Origin: an uncultured virus (IMG/VR IMGVR_UViG_3300037493_002973)
Taxonomy: Duplodnaviria; Heunggongvirae; Uroviricota; Caudoviricetes
DNA: 64,000 nt
Strand: one strand, 5' to 3'
IMG/VR virus record: IMGVR_UViG_3300037493_002973
Numbering within the stretch: the first letter of the stretch is position 1; each line of letters starts with the position of its first letter. This document shows positions 7,930 to 16,700 of the stretch, piece by piece. The notes beneath the pieces are model-generated. The model ran no database searches. It was not told where the DNA came from and saw only the letters and a list, made by a program, of their open reading frames with translations. A program made the translations under genes and the position numbers.

Positions 7930-8694
7930 AAAAAAAGAAACCCTTACGTAATTACTTAATGGGGTAGTGTACTGCACTACCTAGGTGGTGCACATGAAAA
8001 GAAACCCGTTGCCGACTGTGTGAATCACAATCCAAAGCAACGGGTCGGCCATTGGATACTATCCGTTAGCTGGGCTGAAATCGGTTTCCCGAAATCTTTA
8101 CTACACCTACACATGGTAGGTAAGCTAGAAAAGACCTCATTGTTGCGCTCATATTTCGATAAGCGTTTGAGGTGTATTATAAAAAGACCCGACAAAGTGC
8201 GCTTGAATCAGAGGCGTGTTGGGTTTGATTGGAGCAAAGATAAAAAAAGAAATTCGTCAAGGATAATTACAAACCTTGACGGGCGAAACTTCCCGATAGT
8301 GTGCTTTTCAGCCTACGAGATTAAAAGATGAGTCAGTTACAAATTGTAACCAACTGAAATTACAATCAGAAGAAAAAAACCCGTCAAGGATTACCACAAA
8401 CCTTGACGGGATAAGTAAACGACCCTGACTAGTACGCTGTTCTGAAGGTAAGCGTTCGGGTACTGTTGAGACAAATGTACAACACGTTCACAAAATTTGA
8501 ACACGATAAAATAGTGAACAGTCAGCCTATAAGTTGACTTTCTAACCAAAAAAGTAAGCCTATACCTTTACTTATTTATACCCGATAAGGTCAAAAAACG
8601 CATGAAATACGCTATATTCGAGAATGGTATACCCGTTAAGGTATGATTTACCATTCAAATTGAACTGTCCGATTTTTTCGTACAGTTGAAAATG
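7930..8694 (-). ncRNA. Putative small-RNA array / dense hairpin cluster
   Basis: More than ten stem-loops, several followed by U-runs on the minus strand; internal TAnnTTTG boxes at 8235-8242 and 8472-8479; two repeated hairpin families. Confidence 0.6.
8255..8410 (-). terminator. Two copies of a terminator-like hairpin CGTCAAGG-N11-CCTTGACG
   Basis: Copies at 8255-8281 and 8380-8410, each preceded by an A-run on plus (U-tail on minus). Confidence 0.7.
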
Positions 8695-8889
8695 TTAATC
8701 TTTAGCAAACCCATCACTTGAGAATATAGGGCTACCATCTTTATCTAATGGAGGAAAATGTCTTAGACACCTTCGCAATCGCTCATTTAATTCCTTTACG
8801 GTTTTTGGCCTTGTGTTTGGTCTAAGTAAATCAAGTAGAAAATCACGGGTCATCAACAAAGATGCTTCTTGCTCATAGCGCAAACTCAT
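8695..8889 (-). CDS. Hypothetical protein
   Basis: 64 aa with RCLRHFP motif; abuts the phosphoesterase gene. Confidence 0.65.
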   Translation of the reverse strand: MSLRYEQEASLLMTRDFLLDLLRPNTRPKTVKELNERLRRCLRHFPPLDKDGSPIFSSDGFAKD

Positions 8890-8890
8890 G

Positions 8891-9910
8891 TTACCTTACT
8901 TTACCCTTTATTATTGTGTGATTATGAACAGTAAATTGTCCGTCAGATTCTTTCTCTACGTAGGAAAAACCCAAATTCCATTTATTTATGGGCATATAGG
9001 ACGGGTGAAGTTCGGAAAGGCAGCCCTGAGACCATGTATTCACAACATCTCCATTTAAGGAAGGTTCTGCGTGGCTACTTGTTTGGTGATGGTGCCCTAT
9101 AATGCAATTTTCTTTTGCTCTCATAAAAAGACCTCTTGCGGGGTTTACTGGGCTAAAAACAGAACGTCCAAATTCATGTCCGTGCATGATATTTAATCTT
9201 CCGAAGTGAACTATTCTCATGTCGTCAATAAGTTCTACTCCAAGTTCCCCAAACTTCAAAAGGACATCCATTCTGAACTCTGAAACGTCAAGAAGCTCGG
9301 GAGCTTTTATGCGCAAGTATCTTTCATATCTTTCTTCATGGTTACCTAATTTGTAGTAAATAGGCACTCCATCGAACTCTTTTCGGAGTATTTTAAGGAA
9401 CTGCCGACCCATTTCAAGTTCCTCGCTAAATCTTCTTTTTCGTGGGTCTTTTTCAAATGAACTCAAACCGTAGAAATCAAGAATGTCCCCATTTAGCATT
9501 ATTCCATTGATATTCCTTTCCTTACCGTATTGTAGGGCTAACGTAACGGCTTCAATATTGTGATATGGTATATGAACATCTGAAAGGATTAAAAGTCGTG
9601 TAACAGATGCTGGAATATCGTATGGCAACCACTCAGTCTCATCTGTCTCGGGAAGAAAAAACGGATTGGGTATTCCCATTGCGTTAGCAAAACTTCCTGC
9701 TTGTGGTTTTTCAGTCATTTGTATTTTTTTTCTATTGTTTTTTCCTGCCTGTCCTCGATAATATCGAACAGCAGATCTTGCACTATCAATAGTATTATAG
9801 ATTTCAGGGTGGTCAACAAACAGTTTCTTTGCAAGTGTTTGGCTTGGTAAATTGGGGTATTTTTCCAATGCCTCTAGCGTAACTGTACCTATTATAGTTA
9901 TAACACGCAT
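8891..9910 (-). CDS. Calcineurin-like metallophosphoesterase with N-terminal HTH-like extension
   Basis: All five motifs present: SDVH, GDILD, GNHE, HGH, GHHH. Confidence 0.9.
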   Translation of the reverse strand: MRVITIIGTVTLEALEKYPNLPSQTLAKKLFVDHPEIYNTIDSARSAVRYYRGQAGKNNRKKIQMTEKPQAGSFANAMGIPNPFFLPETDETEWLPYDIPASVTRLLILSDVHIPYHNIEAVTLALQYGKERNINGIMLNGDILDFYGLSSFEKDPRKRRFSEELEMGRQFLKILRKEFDGVPIYYKLGNHEERYERYLRIKAPELLDVSEFRMDVLLKFGELGVELIDDMRIVHFGRLNIMHGHEFGRSVFSPVNPARGLFMRAKENCIIGHHHQTSSHAEPSLNGDVVNTWSQGCLSELHPSYMPINKWNLGFSYVEKESDGQFTVHNHTIIKGKVR

Positions 9911-9959
9911 GCAAAAAATTGTAACAGGTTATAATTATGCAATTATAGACAAAAATTGC

Positions 9960-10730
9960 TTACCTTGAACCTATGCTCACGCTTTTTCTTACAGCGAACT
10001 TTACAGCGTAGTCTGTGTCGGAGAAATCTGCTGCAATCCCATACGACCAATCTTTCTTGTCGGTGAATCCTACTCCAATAGTTGCTATTGCAGTTATTAA
10101 TTCATTTTGCTTCCAAAGTAACCGTGGACCAACAGCCGCTTCCGCATAGAGCTTCCTATAAACTTTTGCTGCGTGATTTACGGTATGGACTTCTCTAATG
10201 ACTTCTTTTGGAAGTAAGTACTTGTATGAAAATTCGGGAGTTCTAACTAATTTTCCACTAACATCAAACGCTGCGTAGAGAACAATGGAATCATTCCTTA
10301 GTGAATCTGAGTATGAGCGTATTGCAACTGCATCCCCATACATGGAATCACATAGGAGAGTCATTTGAGTTATTTCATTGCACACATTCCACAAAGTAGC
10401 AAGAGAGTCGCGGCAACCACCATTGCCATTAAAGTTAGGAGCTTTGGGTTGAAATCGGGCTCGGGATTGAAGTATTGCGACATGCTTAGGTAAGGTATCA
10501 AAACCATAAAGTGCAAAGATAGCGTTTGTGTCAGGGTAAACGTAAAAGGTATCTATCTGAATTGTTGTATTTGTCCCCTCCCGAACATCCCAAGGAGATA
10601 ATCCCCTGCAATGCGTTAAAGTACACACTACTACCCAAAGAAAGAATATCGCAAAAAGAAGTTGCTTCCAGTTCTCCTTTAGGAAAGTTAGGATGGGAAC
10701 TACGTTGGGGATTATTGGGGGGAATATCAT
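9960..10730 (-). CDS. Membrane-anchored protein (possible spanin-like lysis accessory)
   Basis: N-terminal TM segment (LLFAIFFLWVVVC) and amphipathic beta-strand C-terminus. Confidence 0.45.
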   Translation of the reverse strand: MIFPPIIPNVVPILTFLKENWKQLLFAIFFLWVVVCTLTHCRGLSPWDVREGTNTTIQIDTFYVYPDTNAIFALYGFDTLPKHVAILQSRARFQPKAPNFNGNGGCRDSLATLWNVCNEITQMTLLCDSMYGDAVAIRSYSDSLRNDSIVLYAAFDVSGKLVRTPEFSYKYLLPKEVIREVHTVNHAAKVYRKLYAEAAVGPRLLWKQNELITAIATIGVGFTDKKDWSYGIAADFSDTDYAVKFAVRKSVSIGSR

Positions 10731-13700
10731 TTTGGGTTTCTGTATTTGTTATACTCCTTTTCAAAGTTGTAAAAATACTCTAAAGTCTTTACTTTCTTTA
10801 TTATTGCAGCGTGTTCTGCTGAAATTACTTTTGGAGAAACTCCGTCAAAATAATTCCTTGCAAAAATTTTGGAATCCTCATAATCATCTCCACTGCCATT
10901 TACTGTAATGAATGCTTTTTTGAAATTCTTATCTTTCATTTCCTTAATAGCCTCTATGTTGTGCTTTTTAAGAATTTCTTCATAGGGGAACTCTCCAATT
11001 TCTTTTTTAGCGTTTAGGACATTTACTTCTCCTCCGTATGCAGACATTACATTGGCTTTTGTAGCAAGGCCTAATGGATTTAACGGGTTCTTTTTTACTT
11101 TTACAGAAAGGCTATTTACAGTTTCCTTTACAATAGCGTCTTTGCGTTCTTTCTTTTTCAAATCCTCTTGCTCTCCTTTTTGCGTTGCGCTTCCTTCTTT
11201 TGCAGTTTTCTTGTAGTCTTTGAAAACATCTCTAATTATTAGGTTTCTAACATCCCTTGGGATAGGTGCGCCTATTGATTGCATAACTAATTCAGGCATA
11301 ATTCTAAACGCAATCTCTTCATTTATTTTCTTAATCTCAGTCTCGCTTGTTTCACTTGGTTCTATTACATAACCGCCCATTCCGTCTTCCAGTCCTCTTT
11401 TTACCATAAGGTCTTTGAATCTGAACGCGGTCTTTGCCATTGGACCATAAGGGCCCATGAATTTAGGTAGTAATTTTTCAGCGTCTAAATCGCTTCCTTT
11501 TATATCACCCGCTAAAGGACTAAATACAACAGGGGATTTATAGTCATCGTATTCACCTTTTCTTAAACCAACTTCCTCCCCGAAATTCTTATTCAAAGTT
11601 TCTATTCCCCAAGCAATAGGTGCTTTTGCCCAGTTTCCAAGTCTACGGAACACAAGCATACTTATTATTGCCCCTGTTAATGATGAAGATATTTTCTCGA
11701 CAACATCCTTTTCCTCATCTTCTTCGTCTCCTGTTCCAGTAGCGCTTTCGATAAGTGAATAAAACATATCCACAGCATAAGACATGGCAAATTGATATGC
11801 AGACATCCTTATGATTGTTGCCGCTAATAATGCGGCACCTTGCGTTTTAGACATTTCATTTCTTCCCATCAATGCGTTTATAGCATCAACAGAAGATTGG
11901 AACTCATATCGCATAAACCTCGTCATGTACTTATCGTAGAGGTCTATTAATCCATCTGCTCGTGTTACCTGAGAGGCTACAACTCCTTCAAACGGGTTCA
12001 TAGAAGCGAATCCTTGAGAGAGGTTTGCATCAGCTACGTTTCTTGCTTTAGCTATTGCGGCAGCATTTTCTTGTCTATACTTCGGATTATTTATAAACTC
12101 CTGTATGTCAAGTTCACTTCCTGACGCTTCTCTAAATGTTCTTGAAAAAGAACCTATCCATAGCGGTCTTGCAACAGCCCTGTCGGGAGCAGACATTATT
12201 GAATCTGCCATTTGGTCTACAACCCTTCCGTATGTAGTTGCAGAGCCTTTTGTATTAGACCCTTGTTCCGCCATTATACTCGTAGACTTCCCGAACATCC
12301 TTGAGATTTGAGCAGATTCAGAGAAAATCGCAAGCGTTCTTAAATCTTCATCGTTGCCTTTGTATTTATACAAGATTTGAGAACCTTCCATAAGTTCTTT
12401 TGGCTTGTTTATTATAGCGTGGCTTAGATTCGTTCCAAACTCTACCCCTGCTCTTGGGACAGAAGCAAGTGCCATTTGATAACCTCTTTTCTTTAGCGTT
12501 TCTGCAATTAGCGTTTTTAGACCTTCGTCATAAAACTCATTAACAAATACGTTTTTAACCACCTGTGCAATATTCGCCTCAAGACCCTTAAAGAATGCTC
12601 TTGAATCGGCACTCATTCCGATGTCTTTAGATATTTTGTTGAATGCCTTACTTGCAACCCGTAAAGGTTCTCTCATATAATAATCGAGAAGAACTGACCT
12701 CGTGGCTCTTTTTGCATTTCTGTGGTAGTCCAAGTAAAGAGGTTTTGCTCCCTTTGTTCTTTTCTTAATATTTCCGCTTTTTGCTGTTGGAGTCACGTTT
12801 TCATTACTTGTAAATTTATCTGCCATTTCTTGAACTTCAGATAAATTACTGTATTCCATAAGGGCAACACTTATGGGGGTATAAGATTGGCGAAGGGAAA
12901 TGTTCTCCCCGTTTCTTATTGCAGAAACCTCTACAAATTGAGCGTTTGAAGCATTTATTTCTTGAGCGTATTTATAGAAATTATAAGTGTCTTTATCAAG
13001 TAACTCTTCTTGTTTTTTATAATCGAACTGACCATTTTCATCAAGCATAGACTCATAGATCTCGATATATCTATCTGCAAGTTTTGCATATTCCTCATTT
13101 GCTTTAGCCGCCTCTCTTATTGCTTCGATATAATCTGATAGCGGAGAAGAAATCTCTTCGTTATACGGGTTGTCCTCAAATTCTTTTTGAATAGCAATAA
13201 GGGAAATTTTAACCATTTCGTCTTGGCGTTGCTGCTCGCGTTTCCAAGGCAATATGCTCTTACCTACTTTTGAGTAAAGTTTGTCATAACCACTTTCTAT
13301 TTGATTTATTTTTTCGGTAAATACTGAAAACGCTGTGCTAATTGGTTGAATAAAAGCGTCATGTATTTGTTGTCCAGTAATGCCTTTCATTGCAGAATCA
13401 ATTCTACTCAATGGCATCATGGAGATAAGCCTTTTATATTTCTCGCTGTCGGTTAATTTTTCGATACCTCCCTTAAAGGAAACTTTGAGAGGAAGGATAA
13501 TATCCCTAACTAATTGCTTGAAAGCTCTTCCTTCAGAAATCTCATTTGCTTTTACCGCAAGTCTTTCTGCCTGTAGTTCTCGAACGGTATTTGCAGCATT
13601 TCCCGACATGAATCCTACTTCATCCCTCATGTTGCGAATAGCATTAGAGAGTTCTTGCAATTGCTTCTCAGACAAGTTGCTCAACTCTTCATTTGTAAGA

Positions 13701-16700
13701 GATTTTATGAATAGGTAATCTTTTTTGTACGCTTCTGAAACAGGTTCTAACATAGATTGGCGCTCATACTCAAACTCATTAAGAGCCTCGTCTTTTGCTT
13801 CGCTTCTTGATATTTGCCTGGCTTCATTTGCTAATACCATTTTATCGGACAATGGTTCTTGGGCTTTGCTTTTTTGTTCTCGGTATATCTCCGCGTACTT
13901 ATTTACTAACGGAATGTTCTTTGCCTTATTATATGGTCCCGCAGAAATTCCTTCAAGAAAATCAAGATATTCTGATAATTCATCAATAGACAAATCCTCA
14001 ACATTAACCTTTAATGCTTGGCGCATCGACCCATCATCTATTCCGTAGTCGTTTCTATTTAGGCGCTTTGTATTGTCCTTCTTTAATTTATTCGCTCTCG
14101 ATACGTTGTCTGCATAAGTAGCATCCTCGAGAACCTTACCCATGTACTCTACCGCTTTTGCGTAAGAGTTTTCGTTGAATGGATTTACAGATAAGAGTTT
14201 TTTTGTTATTGCCGCAAGTTGTCTTGGTGCAATTGAAAATCCAGGATTAGATTCCTTTGCTTCCGCAATCATGTCCTCCAAAATGGTATTCACTTGTTGT
14301 GTAAACCATTTCTGCATTTGCGCGGCTTCTTTTATGCCCTTTGCTTTACCCGCAATTTGCCCCTCAAGGTTTCCAAACGCTTCTCCTATACGAGCGCCTA
14401 TGTTGACATACTTCTGTTTGGCTTTCTCGATAGCCTTTTCAACGGCTTTCTCTTTAGATTCCTTTGCGGCTTCCCTTGCTTTAGCGGCTTTTTCGGAGGC
14501 TTCTTTTTTGGCTTTCTCTAATCTCGCTGCGGCTTTCTCGCGTTCTTCTTTCTTAGCTTTTGCAAGGTCTTCTTTAGAGGTTTGTTTAGGAGCTTCTTTT
14601 TTGGGAATACCCTCGGAGATTGAATTGAAGATGTATGAAGCGATGTACTGACTTACATTCACTCCTTCTTTATCTTTTAGGTATCTAAGCAATCCTTTTG
14701 AACTAGGTTCTAATTTGGAATTTTCTGCGTAGGTCTTTGCAATGGATTTCAAGTCCTCGAACAACTCAGGGTCTTTCATTAAAGCGTGTACGTCTTTTAC
14801 CGATTCTTCAAATATGCCCTTATTCCATTTCGCTCCTTGCATTGCCTTGTCGATGTACTCAACGGCTTTCTGTATAGCTTTTCCTATCTCAGTTCCGTTC
14901 TGAACTTCTTTAGCGGCTATATCGAGGGCTGCGTTGTAAATTTTTACGCTTATCCCTATAAGACCAAGAGTGGGGTCGAAGAAGGTTAATCCCTTCACTT
15001 TCATGTCAAGAATAGCCTTAGCTAAAATCTCGTTCTTACTTCCGAATAGAGGTAAGCCAGTTTTCACGGCTTGTTTTATTTCGGGGGTTATGTCGATGGA
15101 GTGTTGGGTGGTGGCATTTGAATTAATAAAATTATCAAGTTCTTTTTCTGATATTTTACCTTCTCTATACTTTTGTGCCATTTCTTTTGTACCAACAGGT
15201 GTTCCACTTCCTATTTCCACAGTCTTTGGCTGTTGCCCCGTCAAGGATTCCACTACGTTACCTACTATACCTAAACTCCCTTCACTTGGACTTCCGTAGA
15301 AGCCTTTCATTCCTTTGCCGCCTACCTTAAGATTTTCTCCTGTTAGAGACATATCTTCTTCTATCCTTTCTCCTTTTCCATCAATAATTCTTTGCGCCAC
15401 ATCTTTACCAAGTGTTTCCTCTAATTTATCCTCTTTTAAGGATTTGTTTTCAGAAACATTTTCGCCTCTTTTGTAAGCAACAATTCTATATGTTCCATCG
15501 CTATTCTTTCTGTATTTAATTTCATCTGCTATTTTTTCTAACGAATACCTCTCATTCTGCTGCTCTCCTGTTGTCCAAGCAATCTTGTCAACGCCTTGCG
15601 CTACAGCTTCTTTTAAGGCAACCTTTACTCCGAGTTTTACCCAAGAGTTTGTGTCGGTTACGAATGGGGCGGAGGGGATTGTTCCGTCTTTGAACTCTCC
15701 GAATATAGGGTCCCATCCTTGCACGGAATTTCTTGCTTCAATAAGCCTGTCGATTTTGGCGGACTCTGCATCAGTTATCTTAGCGCTTAAATCATTCCCG
15801 TACTTGTCTTTTAGTGAATTATAGAAGTCGGAAACAGCCCTATTAGCTGCCTCAGCCTTTTTCTTTAACTCAGGACTCTTAAACCCTTCCTTCTTCCCCT
15901 TCTGTCCCCAGTCAGATTGCACCTCTTCGAGAAACAATACTTTATTTCCATCAGAATCCTTTCGGGTGTTCATTCTTAAATGAACCAATCTTCTATTATC
16001 AGGTAAATCTTGGCCATATTGATGCGCTTGTGGAACTTTATAATCACCCACCTTTGCCATACTGCCTGTGCGTGGCAATATTACTATTACCTCCTTGTAG
16101 TTCTCTTTTTCTCCTTCTAGTTGGTATTGGGAGAATTTAGTAGGATTAGATATTCCACCTTCCCCTTCAGCACTTAACTCTAATTCTTCAAGCCTTGCTA
16201 TTGCTTGATGGTTTTCATCCCAGTATTTTTTAGCAAGTATTTTATCCCCGCGTCTTTGCGCTAACTGTGCCTTTTTTTCTGTTTCCTTTTGCAGATTTAT
16301 CAGGTCATCTGAAGAACTCTCGTCTCTTTTATTGAGTAGCGTTAGAAACTCGCTATAAGACCCATCTTCAATATCTTCTATTGCTCCTCCTGGATTTTTT
16401 GCATCAAGTTTGGTAAGGTATTCTAATCTCTTCAGTTGCTCATCGTTTAGTATGTCGCTACCTGTTGCTACTCCCTTCATCACCTCAACGACATCCACGC
16501 GGTTATCCTTCAAGAAGTTCAAAAGCTCCCTCTTAGAAACTCTATCTTTTGGGTTCTTTGCTTCAAGCACCCCGCGCAAGCCCGTCCAAAGGTCTTCCCC
16601 TTCTTTGCTCCTTACTTTATCCAACCATTCTTTTGCAGTAAGGGAATCTGCTTTAGTATCCTTTATAGATTTCTCAAGAGGGCTATACCATCCGTTTACT

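Noticed and set aside
8020..8331. 103-aa plus-strand ORF over the hairpin array (and 7771-7977)
   Set aside because: Non-ATG start, wrong strand or frame for the operon, no protein-like features; the region is better explained by RNA structure and the 35-aa ORF.
7930..8694. CRISPR array
   Set aside because: No identical repeats at regular spacing and no cas operon; the Cas4-like nuclease at 57908 is a stand-alone phage exonuclease.
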